A DNA stretch of 64,000 nt. Source: the human T2T-CHM13v2.0 reference genome, Homo sapiens. The notes below the pieces were generated by a model. The model was given only the letters and a program-made list of their open reading frames with translations, was not told the DNA's origin and did no database searches. The DNA is taken from NCBI RefSeq assembly GCF_009914755.1, contig NC_060947.1, one strand, 5' to 3'. This document shows, one piece after another, positions 12,900 to 27,070 of the stretch (position 1 is the first letter of the stretch; every line of letters starts with the position of its first letter). Both the position numbers and the translations under genes were made by a program.

Positions 12900-13539
12900 T
12901 GATCCCATTAAGAGATTCATGTCAATGAATTTTATTGAAAAATGATCAATGTTTATGTTTTAATCATATATACTTATATTTTAAATGCTGTATCTTATGT
13001 TGTTTTGATTAACTATGTGATAATAATAAATGTATTAATAACACAAGCTACAGGAAAGTTTTTAAACTCTTAGAGTCTTGTGGTTGCAAGAATTTTTGAA
13101 AAGTAAATATTTACAATTTGATGCAGTTTTGTTTTAGGTAAGTAAAATAAGTTATCAATAAAAGATTTTCAAATATCAAATAATATAACTTTAAGATAAA
13201 ATTGTCTGAGGAGAGCAGAATAGAAATTAAACCCCAAGGAAAAAAACAAATGATTGAAAATTCTCCCCTGTTAAAGAAGAGCATTTTTAGGGATTTTAAT
13301 TAACTATAACAGGTGTCAAACTGTTATGATAATTAGCTTACATCGGAAAAGTTTAAAAGCGTGATGTTGCAGCTCTGTCTTTAAATATTTACATTTGGAA
13401 TATGCCAGAAATTTCATTCTTTCCATCTAGTTAAAATTATGATGTCAAATTGTAGATGTAACTAAAATGTGCCGGGAGATGCACAGGTTGGCAAGATTCT
13501 TTTAGAGAGTATTCAGGTAAAAATGTTTGAATACCACTG
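12900..13539. mobile_element. Charlie-type hAT DNA transposon remnant
   Basis: ctgttaaagaagagc internal motif and terminal aaaaatgtttgaataccactg resembling a hAT terminal inverted repeat; left boundary uncertain. Confidence 0.55.
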
Positions 13540-14108
13540 TTGTACAGAGCTGATCCAATTCCCTAAAATCGAGCTCTCAGGAAGTTAATTAAGGTTCCCC
13601 CTTTAGCCATAGGGGCCTGCAGACAAGTGGGTGATAAATCCCTTCCCTTTTGAAGGTCATAAGCCCCTTTCTGTCTCTTGTAGCCTAAAAGCATTTTGAA
13701 CATCAACTTTACAAATCCAAATAGTCATCATGATATTAAAAGCTTTTAAATAATAATTACAAAATTATTGGGTTAACTGAATAACATTTTCATGCAATGA
13801 TATCAAAGCAAAAAGATTTTTGCATTGTCAGACTCAAAGAAGGATCCTTTTGTACGAAGAGAAATGATCCTATAACTGCTTTGTTGGATTCTTAATTTAA
13901 ATATTCATTAAGTGAATTTAACATATACAGTTCATAATCCTCTTCCTTTGAGAAAGAAAAGAGGTCATTTATCTGAGACTAAGAGCTTTCCCTACTTAAC
14001 AAAACCCAAGGGCTAGAAATCTGAAGATTTATTTCAAATTTTCTTAAGGGCAGTTGAATAATGTATAAGATATACAACACCAGATGGCAGTATTTCCATG
14101 TTCTAGGG

Positions 14109-14116
14109 CATACACA

Positions 14117-14161
<45 letters not shown>

Positions 14162-14196
14162 GCACACATACAGAGACATATATATATCTATATACA
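14109..14196. repeat. (CA)n/(TA)n microsatellite in copy 1
   Basis: Directly visible. Confidence 0.9.
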
Positions 14197-15784
14197 AGTA
14201 GACAAAAAACGGTGTTTCTATAGTGACCAATATCGGGCAGGCAGACTTTAAAATCAGTATGACAATAGGCACAGATATTTACATCAGAAATTTCTCTTTA
14301 CACTTGAGATATGTGACTCATTTTTCCCATATAGTTCACTTAAAAACAGTTTATAATTATTATTTTTTTTCTTATTTACTAAGGCAGCAACACATAGGTA
14401 GGTAATCCATATAAATATTGACAAACAATGAAAAGAAAAATGAGGGAAAAAATTACCGAAATTGCCAAGCTAGCATATAATATCAGCAAATTATGGCTTA
14501 ATTTAAAGGTTTTCTTTCTTTAAACAACAAACTGTGTAGCTTTACCTGAGCCTAATATACTTACATGAAAGACTAATATATAGATAAGGAGATGTAGTCA
14601 TATACAAATTACATGAAAAATGTACATACACGTTAAAGAGAGGAAAACAATTTTTCTTTTCACGTATATTCCATAGTTGGTTGCAAAAATACAATTAGTT
14701 AACTTTTCAGAATTAACCTGAAAAAGTTTGTATCTGTGAAGCCAGTGAGATCTGTTACTTTGAAGTTGCATAAACTTTATAGGCTCTTAAAAAAAAAAAA
14801 CAAAAAACCTCAATATCTTATTCAATTGCTTCCTTTCTAAGAAAAGGAATTATTCACCCACCTGGTTCTCAGTACTAAAAGAGGAAACCAGCATGAAATT
14901 GCCTAATCTAGCACATATTAAGCATAATAGGTGTTTATTAAAACAATAATCATTGATTAGTTATTATTGCTTGTTAATTAGGATTATCTTTAAAATGAGG
15001 ATGTGGTGTATGAATCACTCAAGAAGAAGACCAACCCTAAGGAAATTAGGAATTTTCTAGCTCCCAAGTCCCCTCTTCCTATGCTTTGCTGCTCCGTCAG
15101 GTGGAATATCAAGCCAATTACACCGTGGGGTTTTTTTTTTTTTTTTGCCAATTTTGTACCCACTATTACTCTCATCAAGATTAGATTTTATACATTACTA
15201 TTAACTTAAAAGAAAAATACATTACTATTAACTTAAAAGAAAGTTTTCTTTTAACACATATATATTGATGCCTGTTGTATCCCATTTAGTTTACAAGGCA
15301 AACATATACATTTTATTCCACTGTGCTCATCTGACAATCCAAAAACAGAGGATTCGACTAGGAAGTTTTGTGACTTAGGTCCCAGAGCAAATAAAGTGTA
15401 GATTCTGGGGGTTTCAGCAAAGGTCTGTCTCTTCCCTTGGTCCATGCACTCAGTAATGCTCCAGGCTACCCTGGACAAATCTTTCCTTGTTAGAAGAAAC
15501 ACAAACACCAGCAGAGCAGAGAAGTTTTGTAGAAGGCACACACCATGACAGCAGTCAGGGGCCCTGAAAAAAAGCGACCATAATCCAATACACTCCCGCT
15601 CCTCTTCTGGGTTTCTCCATCCTACTCAGGCTTCAAACATGCATCTTTTCACTGTCCCTGGAGCATATTTTCAAATCATTTGGACAGATGGGTTGCTTAG
15701 GCTTTGAGTTCCCTATTTATGTGGGGTGTTCAGAATGGAGTATTGGCGTGGAATTTACAGGCACTGATTTCTTCTAGCCCTTGT

Positions 15785-15803
15785 CATCACCATCATCGTC
15801 ATC

Positions 15804-15835
<32 letters not shown>

Positions 15836-15837
15836 CA
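15785..15837. repeat. (CAT/CAC)n trinucleotide repeat, short version (copy 1)
   Basis: Directly visible. Confidence 0.95.
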
Positions 15838-16498
15838 AGATCTCAGATTAAGCGTTTCCTCCCTGTAAGTTTCTTCTCAATTTCTGACACTAACTCCAAA
15901 GACCATGCATGTGCCAGACTGCCCTGATGATGGTTGTACAGGGTTGATCCAATTCCCTTAAAATGGACTCTCAGGCAATTCAGGTTCCTGCTTTAGCCAT
16001 AGGGGCCTGCAGACACATGGGTGATAAATCCCTTCCCTTTTGAAGGCCATAAGCCCTTTTCTGTCTCTTGTAGCTGAAAAGCATTTTGAACACCAACTTT
16101 ACAAATGCAAATAGTCATTCATGATATTAAAAGCTTTTAAATAATAATTTCAAAATTGTTGGGCTAACTGAATAACATTTTCGTGCAATGAGATCAAAGC
16201 AAAAAAAATTTTGCAGTGTCAGACTTAAAGAAGGATCCTTTTGTATGAAGAGAAATGATCTTGTAACTGCTTTGTTGGATTCTTAATTCAAATATTCATT
16301 AATTGAATGTAACATATACGGTATTTAGAATCCTCTTCCTTTGAGAAACAAAAGAACACATTTATCTGAGACTAAGAGCTTTCCCTGCTTAGCAAAACCC
16401 GAGGGCTAGAAATCTGAAGATTTATTTCAAATTTTCTCAAGGGCAGTTGAATAATGTTTAAGATATAACACCAGATGGCAGTATTTCCATGTTCTAGA

Positions 16499-16499
<1 letters not shown>

Positions 16500-16541
<42 letters not shown>

Positions 16542-16602
16542 TGTGTGTGTGTATATATATATATACATATATATAATATATTTGTATATATATATGTATA
16601 TA
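16500..16602. repeat. (CA)n-CG-(TG)n-(TA)n compound microsatellite in copy 2
   Basis: Directly visible. Confidence 0.95.
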
Positions 16603-18143
16603 CACAAGTAGACAAAAAACAGTGTTTCTATAGTGACCAATGTCGGGCAGGGAGACTTTAAAATCAGTATTGACAATAGACACAGATATTTACATCAGAA
16701 ATTTATCTTTATACTTGAGATATGTGACTCATTTTTCCCATATAGTTCACTTAAAAAACAGTTCACAATTATTATTATTTTTCTTATTTACTGAAGCAGC
16801 AACACATAGGTAGGTAACCCATATAAATATTGACAAACAATGAAAAGAAAAAATGAGCAAAATTTGGCGAAATTGCCAAACTAGCATATAATATCAGCAA
16901 ATTATGGCTCAATTTAAAGGCTTTCTTTATTTAAATAAAAAACTATGTAGCTTTACCTGAGCCTAATATACTTACATGAATGACTAATATATACATAAGG
17001 ACATGTAGTCATATACATATTACATGAAAAATGTACATACACGTTTAAGAAAGGAAAACAAATTTTCTTTTCATATATACTCCATAATTCGTTGCAAAAA
17101 TACACTTAGTTAACTTTTCAGAATTAATCTGAAAAAGTTTGTATCTGTGAAGCCAGTGAGGTCTGTTACTTTGAAGTTGTAGAAACTTTATAGGCTCTTT
17201 AAAAAACCCTCAGTGCCTCATTCAATTGCTTCTTTTCTAAGAAAAGGTATAATTTCACCCACTTGGTTCTCAGTAGTAAAAGAGGAAGCCAGCATGAAAT
17301 TGCCTAATCTTGCACATATGAAGCATAGTAGGTGCTTATTAAAAAATCATTGATTAGTTATTATTGCTTGTTAATTAAGATTATCTTAAAATGAGGATGT
17401 GGTGTATGAATCATTCAAGAAGAAGCCCAACCCTAAGGAAATTAGGAACTTTCTAGCTCCCAAGTCCCCTCTTCCTATGCTTTGCTGCTCCGTCAGATGG
17501 AATATCAAGCCAATTATACCTTATTTTTTTGCCAATTTTGTACTGACTATTAGTCTCATCAAGATTAGATTTTATACATTACTATTAAATAAAAGAAAAA
17601 AGTATTCTTTTAGCACACATATATTGATGCCTGTTGTATCCCATTTCGTGTACAAAGCAAACATACACATTTTATTCCATTGTGCTTATCTGACAATCCA
17701 AAAACAGAGGATTTGACTACGAAGTTTTGTGATTTAGGTCCCAGAACAAGCAAAGTGTAGATTCTGGGGGTTTCAGCAAAGGTCTGTCTCTTCCCTTGGT
17801 CCATGCACTCGGTAATGCTCCAGGCTACCCTGGACAAATCTTTCCTTGTTAGAAGAAACACAAATACCAGCTGAGCAGAGAAGTTTTGTAGAAGGCACAC
17901 CCCACTGCAGCAGTCAGGGGCCCTGAAAAGATGAGACCATAATCCAATACATTCACTCTCCTTTTCTGGGCTTCTCCATCCTACTCAGGCTTCAAACCTG
18001 CATCCTTTCACTGTCCCTGGAGCACATTCTCAATTCATTTGGACAGATGGGTTGGTTAGGCTTTGAGTTCCCTATTTATTTGGGGTGTTCAGAATGGAGT
18101 ATTGGCGTGGAATTTACAGGCACTGATTTCTTCTAGTCTTTGT

Positions 18144-18281
18144 CATCACCATCATCACCATCACCATCACCATCATCATCATCATCATCATCATCATCAC
18201 CATCACCATTGTCATCATCCCATCATTACCATCATTACCACCATCATCATCATCATCACCATCACCATTATCATCGTCATC
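18144..18281. repeat. (CAT/CAC)n trinucleotide repeat, long version (copy 2)
   Basis: Directly visible; source of the spurious poly-His ORF. Confidence 0.95.
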
Positions 18282-19929
18282 AGGATCTCAGATTAAGTGT
18301 TCCCTCCATGTAAGTCTCTTCCCAATTCTTGACACTAACTCCAAAGATCATGTATGTCTCAGAATGCCCTGGTGATGGCGCTGCAGATATTTAAACCCCA
18401 AAACTGGCCTTCAGCAGGCAGAGCCGACTCCTCCAGCCTTTGGAACACATGGTATGTTCCTTTAAATGCAGACTTGTTTGCTGAGCTCCCACAAGGCAGA
18501 TCTCAGCGGCACTCACCCAAATGCCATCCTAGACAAAGGGTCATATTTTATCCCTTTTATCAGACTCTCAAGGAGTCTAGAGTCAGTCAAATAAAGCCAA
18601 GCTGGCTGCTTCCAATCAATGACCCAGAATCCCAGCACTTTCTCACCCACGGCACTGTTAGGAGCTTCAGATAAAAAGCCCACATCACTCCCCTCTGCTG
18701 CTACTTGGTTCTTAGGTGATGTTTTGTGGTTTCCTGCACCTGAGATAGTTTTGGTGTCCTAGTTAGTGTGTGGATTTTTGGATGAGCACATATAGAGCAC
18801 ATGCTCGTGAGTACACACAGCCTATAATGACTGAGTTATGAGATTGTTCTGCAGAGACCAGAGGGCCCAGCCAGTCCTTTCTGCTTCTGCTATTGAGAAC
18901 TTCAGGAACTGCTTGCAGGACTGAGTGGAGAACTGATGGCCTCTCTGAGACCCTAATTCTGGACAAGGCATCATGTACTTACCGCAAGGAAACTCTGGCC
19001 CTGGGCTGCAGGCAATGGATGTCTCCTCCAGACTTCCCTCTCCTTCCTATTTGACTTCTGTAGCTTTCAGGTACCTTTGCTATTTTCCCTTGGCCGCTTC
19101 CCATTCTCTTTATTTAAGTACATCTTAAAGGATTTATCGAAATCAATACAGTGTCAATGTATATACAATAAGAGAGTAAAAATATTTGGGGCGGACTGTA
19201 ACTCCTGACACCATTTTATTTGACTTCGTTAGCATGATACTGGCAACCTGGCATTTGACAGCCTCCTTTAGAATGAATCACCTAAACACTTGTCAAACAT
19301 TGACCTGAAAGTTGCCCAAACATTTGTCTAAACATTGCCAAATATTAGATTACGTGACAGGGGTCTCTGTTTCCCTTCCGAATTGTGCCATTAAACTGCC
19401 ATTTGAACTGGAAAGTTCCAGTTCAGTGTCTCAGAAAATGTCTGTTTGCTGCCTACTTCAGGTTTAGCAGCACAGAATTAATTTGCTGTTGATAGTATTC
19501 CTTGGAAAAAGATGCTGTATAAGCGTATCGGCCATGTAATTCCAACGTGAGCCTATACCAAGTCTCAGATTCAAATAATGTTCTCTGTAAATAAGCTCTT
19601 TCTTGAGTTTGCCATTGTCTAGCCTTTAAATAAATTACTGGCATCATGTCTCCAGTTTGAAAACATACAGTGCAACTAGAAGGATGTTTCTTCACTTTCA
19701 TGCATCTTTGCAAGAAGTTCTCACCATAACAAACTGTGTGGTCTGCGTCATTCCCAAAAATTCCTGGAGATTCCTTCTTATTTTGTCTCACATTTGATTC
19801 CCACTCTTCCCTTCATCACCAGAGGATGATAAAATGGAGAAAACATGATCTTAGAATTCAGAAACAAGTGCAAGCCATTATTAAAAGTGGAAACATATTT
19901 TTTAAAGAAACTGTATTGTTACGGAAATT

Positions 19930-21345
<1,416 letters not shown>

Positions 21346-22779
21346 GAGTAAATGGCTGGTACCCAAATAACTTCCAAAGATGACAAAGTTTTTTGGGGAG
21401 GCATACGGGTAGATAGCGGGAGAAGTAGCATTTTGAACTCTCTGGTGCCTGTTCTTTGATGCATTTCCATCATTCCCTTGGCTGCTGTACACAAGCAAAT
21501 GTATTTGATGCTCTACCATAATTTCCTTAACAGATGTGCATATGGAAATTTGCAAGACAAATTTGCATTTGGCACAGTATCTTTCTATTCTCCTCACCAG
21601 GTAACCTTTACCCATTTCAGGAGCAATCATGATGACCATGACAAGCAAGAGGCAAAATTATTAAACAGGTAAGAGATACCTGCATACTTTTGTCTCAGCA
21701 TTGTTATTATTCTTCCCAACCCTGGCCCCTTGACTTCCTGGAGGGTGACATTTATGTCCATCGCAATCATCTAGCCTTGCAATCACCAAACCACACATTA
21801 TACTTCAAAAGCCCTCCTTCCTGATGCATCCCACCACTCTTTTCCTTTAAATTCTCCTTCTCCCATTTGCCTGAGATCTCGGCCCACAGGAGAAGAGCAG
21901 TATCATAAACTAATGTACAGTGAGCTAAGTGCTCTTAACCACATAGCTCCAATATGTTCCATCTCTTCTTAATCCACTTAGCTAGTCCCAGAATTTACAT
22001 TTTAAAATAAATTAATCCTTGGATCCAAGGAAACATTGGTTTAATTGCACTTTTCTAGAATGTCTTGAGTTTTTCTCCTTTGAGATTTTGTTCATGCTTT
22101 TCAAAACTCCTAGAATACCTCTCCCACTTTCAGCAATTCAATCCTTTCCCTCCCTTCAAATCTGTTCAAATTCTATCTCCTTTGTTATAACAGTCATATA
22201 TCTTTGGAACTCATGGGATTACTGTTATCAAATCCCTTGTAAAAATGCTTTTACTCTTGTCATGAATGCTTATTTCCTATAATGTTGTTTAACCATTTTA
22301 TGGACTTAAAGTAAGATTTTCCTACTAAATTGCACACTTTGAGTGAAGGGATGGTGTGTTATATTTTAAACATAGTACCTAGAAAGGTGTAAGAACAGCA
22401 TCAATATTTGTATCAATAGTAAATTACTGGTAAGTGCTTTAGATGAGAATGGGGTCATCGGGGACAATTCCAAAACATTCTATTTACTACTAGGCTGATA
22501 AGTATTTACAATGCCTGTAGCTCAGCATGATATTTCCTTCAAATCATTCTACTATTGTTTAAAGTTTCTATTTTTCATCTCTACCACTAGAAAATCATGT
22601 ATTTCTGTATAGATAATGTGGCTGGTGTATTTTAGAATACATGTAATTCCCAGTATAACCTATGCTACCCGACTTGACAGAGAACTTTTTCTAGACCACC
22701 AGCATGAGTCAAGTTTCAGTGAAATATTGATTCATTACATTTCATACACTTTTAATATGAGACATAAACTGATATCTCC

Positions 22780-24005
22780 TTCTAGGAGCAATGTGGAAAT
22801 ATATGCCAAAAACCTCAAGACTGATGCTAACCTTAGTCCCAGCTATTCCACCTTTATGAAGTAATTCTAAGAAAACAATCAAAGGTATATACTACGAAGA
22901 TAGATGCACATTAATTCGCCTCACTGATATCTAAAACAGTAGAAAATTGGAAATGACCTGAATGTCTAAAAATAGGAAAATAAACCATGGTAGATATGTA
23001 TAATGGAATAATTACTGAACCATTAAAATATTTTCTAAAGGAAAAGCTATAAAACAAAATTCACTATTAAGTAAAGGCAAAATGGTTTAGATGCAGTGAC
23101 TAAAATGTGTATGTAAAAAATTGGCTAGAATATCCTGAAACCTTAATAGTGGCTCTCTCTGAATGTGAGCATTATGGGCAATTTTTATTCTTTATGGTTT
23201 TCTACCTTATGTTTTTATATGCTTTCCAAATTGGCTAAAATGAATAAATATTATTTTTAAACCCAAAAGGTGTTATCCTATAAAATATCTAAGCTACATG
23301 GCAGTTTTATGATAGCTATTTAAAAATATACCCATAATTATGACCCAGCAATTGCATTGCCAAGTACATACACAACAGAAATGCATACATACATCCACCA
23401 AAAACATGCACAAGGATATTCAGAACCTTTTGGGGTGGCGAAAATATTTTGGACCTGGATAAAGGTGACAGGTGAACAGTTTTGAATGTACTAAATGCCA
23501 CTAAATTGTACACTTTACAATAAATACTTTCATGTTAAGTGAATTTCACTTCCAAAACAAAGTTTTTAAGGCATATTCAGAGTAGCACTATTTGTAATAG
23601 AGAAAAAAGGGGCAATAATCCAAATATCTTACAATAGCAGAATGGGCCAATAAATGGTGGTATAATGAAAACAACCGACTGCTGCAACAACAGTGAAAAT
23701 CAAGGAACTACTTCTGCATCCAGGTTCATGAAAGAACCTCCACATTTACCACCAAGTGAAAGAAGGCACGAAAAGAACACACTATGATTTCATGCACATA
23801 AAATTCGGAAGAGATTCAAGTCACTTATAGTGTCAGAAGTCAGTTTCGTGGTTACCTGCAGGGAGGGAGGTAGTGACAAGGAGTAAGCATGGGGTGGGGG
23901 TCCCGTGTGGATGAGCATATTCTGCGGGCTTATCTCAATAGTGGTTGCATACATACATTACCCATAGTGAGAATTCATCAAATTGCACCATTACATTTGC
24001 ATTAT
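22780..24005 (+). mobile_element. Nested old L1M 3' end fragments
   Basis: tatgacccagcaattgcatt...catacatccaccaaaaacatg; aatgtactaaatgccactaaattgtacactt; aattcatcaaattgcac. Confidence 0.75.
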
Positions 24006-24875
24006 TTAAACATCTTCTTGCTTTCATTTTTACCTGGCTGCCTGCAAATTCTCCAGCCCCTAGTGACCACCTTGCTGCTAAATTTCTTCTTCAGTTAATG
24101 AGATAATTCTCTCTCTTCATTTATAAACTTGGATTCTATTTTCATCATTTCCAAGTTTTGACATTCCACCCATTCACTCCACATGCATTGAATTCTAGTA
24201 TGTTCTAGGTGCAAGGTGGGGTGATGGGGAGACAGAGGTGGTCTCAGCACTGGCAACCCAGAAAGATGACACATATTAGATAAAGTTTTTAACATCCATC
24301 TAGGTGTGGAACTTTTTCTAGAACATGCATGTTAAAATTTGCATATATTTTAAAGGGCTCAAAATCCCCCTGGAGACTCTTCCCCAGTTCAGATCAAGAG
24401 CCTGGCTTTATAGACAATGCTTCATAAGAATTCATCGACATTTGTCTCCTGTTTTTATTAGGTAATAAATGAATGTTTGCTTTTCTAAATAATTAAATTT
24501 ACACGTTCTTATAAATTGGTATTTTAAGATCACTTTATTTGGCTATGGTGTTATATGATTATTCTCCCCTAAATTGGTAGCACATCTTCACACTTTCTGA
24601 AATTCAAGAATTCTTCTGAAAAGAAGTCCTATCAAGTGTCCTAATCTCTTTAAGTGCATTAGTTAAGAAGCTATTTTTAAAGACCCACACATTACACTGT
24701 ACTGAATCAACACAGTGATTTTTATCTGCTCAAGATAAAACTGATACCATTGTAATTAACTGTTTCCAAAATATTTTGACATGTATATTTTTCATTAGAC
24801 TAAGATAACTAATAATAAGGCTGCTTGTTCATAGCTAAATTACACAGGCTAACAAAATTTAAAAATCAATTTCTA

Positions 24876-25283
<408 letters not shown>

Positions 25284-25510
25284 ACGGATGATTAATGCTG
25301 CAAAAGAACAAAGCCATATTTTAATTTGTAGTGCTAATTAAACCAAAGAAGTTTATACCAATTTCCCCAACCATGCAAAGAAAAAAGAAATATGAAGGAA
25401 CTGTCTCATGGGAATAGGCAAAAAGGTGGCATGCTCTCACTTAATGTCATTCAAAATTGCAAAATAAAAACAAATAAAGAAACTGCAATTTAGGAGGTGC
25501 ATTCACAAAT

Positions 25511-25578
25511 TATATATATATCACGTGTGTGTGTGTATGTATATATATGTGTGTGTGTGTGTGTGTCTGTGTATGTAT
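25511..25578. repeat. (TA)/(TG) compound microsatellite
   Basis: Directly visible. Confidence 0.85.
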
Positions 25579-26249
25579 CTCTCTTTTTCCAAGAAATCTG
25601 ATGTGCTCCCTTAGAAGACGTCAACCATCCTCCATTCCAGGATGAGAAATACCTTCATAATCTTGTCATAAATCAATCATTTTCCAGATTTTGTCCAGTT
25701 AAATGTTTTGTTTTTCATTTTCTTAAGAGTTTTCACATATCTTATAAGCATGGCCTTTGTGTTCCTGTCTTGTGCTAAGCATGTATCACAAATTGCATCT
25801 GACTGTGCATCTTCTAGCTTTCTTAGCAAGAAGTGCATTTAATCCTGTGCTTTTTAGGAAAATGGACACCTCATTCCTTTTCAGAGTTAAATAAATTGTA
25901 TGCTCTAAGCTGCATCAAGAGTATATCTATCTTCTAGGTGAAAAGATGCCCTGGCTGTGAGGAATTATCTAAGGCTTCTGGAATTTCAAAAGGTGAACTC
26001 TTTATTGCCCCATTTTATGCAAGATCCCTTCTCTACTTCCTTCAAAAAAGTACTATTCATTCATGGAACATTATTGCATTGGGCTAAGACTTTGGCATAA
26101 TTATAAACAGTACTTTCTCAGCAAACTTTGAGCAGAAATACGAACAATTGGCTGTTGGTGACAAAATCTCTTGGGCTATTCTTACTTAACCTGAGTTTCA
26201 GAGGTCGGGGATAGTATAGATACAGAGGCAAGACAGGGGCAACAATATT

Positions 26250-27070
26250 CTGGAGTAAGAGAGAAACTTCTGTCACCTTCAACCTCTCCCTCTATTTCAC
26301 ACCATCAATCATAGGTTACAAGGTCCACTCAATTCTATTTCTACTGTGTTTATCCATGCAATTTGTCCCCAAAATTATTGCCAGACTCTATATAAATACA
26401 AGTTGTGTCTTGCCTGAATTATGTCCATAATCTCTCTTTGGCTTGCTAAATCTGGGCTCTTCTCACTTAGTATATAATGGCTTCCCACTACATAAAACTA
26501 AAAGCACAGCCTCAAGAACATTTAAACTCAGATCATATCCTTTCATTTCATTTAATGTAGAGCCACCCCATTTTCAAATCTTGGGTTTAAGCTATGACAG
26601 ACACTTCATTGTTACCTGATGAAGCCATTCACACTCAGGTTTCCATGCATTTGCTCTGTGGAAAGCTGCCTCCTTTCCTCCCTTCTCTCACTGATGAACT
26701 TACATCCACCCTTCAAACTCAGTTCTAATTTGGCATCATGGACCACCTCAAGCCCCAAGGTAGAATTCATGGCTTTCTCTTCTCTATTTCTGTTTGTAAT
26801 TTGTAAACTATAATTTATAAAGCACAGGTATGATGCTAAGCTGTTTATGAGGCTGGTTATGCCTCACAGTGTGAATTCCTTGAGATTAGCATCCATTCAT
26901 TTGTTTTAGTGTCCAATATATAACAAGAACAGCAGCCCCATAATGAACCAGTTATGGTGCCCTGATGCAAGATATTTGGGATGTAAAGGTGAACAAGCAC
27001 AGTCCTTGCTTTTAAGGAACTTCCAGTCCAGTGACTCAGTGGTCAATAAATGCGTATTGAGTTTAATTAG
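26250..27070. mobile_element. L2 fragments
   Basis: L2-like pyrimidine-rich body with ...tcaataaatgcgtattgagt end; approximate. Confidence 0.5.

Larger units (their letters stand above)
13539..15932 (+). repeat. Tandem duplication, copy 1 (~2.39 kb)
   Basis: Colinear with 15933-18378 throughout; starts gttgtacag.g.tgatccaattccct; paired ORFs in the track (13979/16372, 15003/17399, 15251/17610) reflect the duplication. Confidence 0.98.
15933..18378 (+). repeat. Tandem duplication, copy 2 (~2.45 kb)
   Basis: Ends gccctggtgatgg, matching gccctgatgatgg at the end of copy 1; 8 mismatches in one hand-aligned 128-nt block. Confidence 0.98.

Noticed and set aside
15003-17900. Paired similar ORFs (15003/17399, 15251/17610) suggesting a gene family
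   Set aside because: They simply mirror the DNA tandem duplication, have no recognisable protein similarity, and one pair differs in frame and length.
18063-18296. Poly-histidine ORF
   Set aside because: Product of a CAT/CAC microsatellite; non-ATG start, no exon context, and the paralogous copy has a different tract length.
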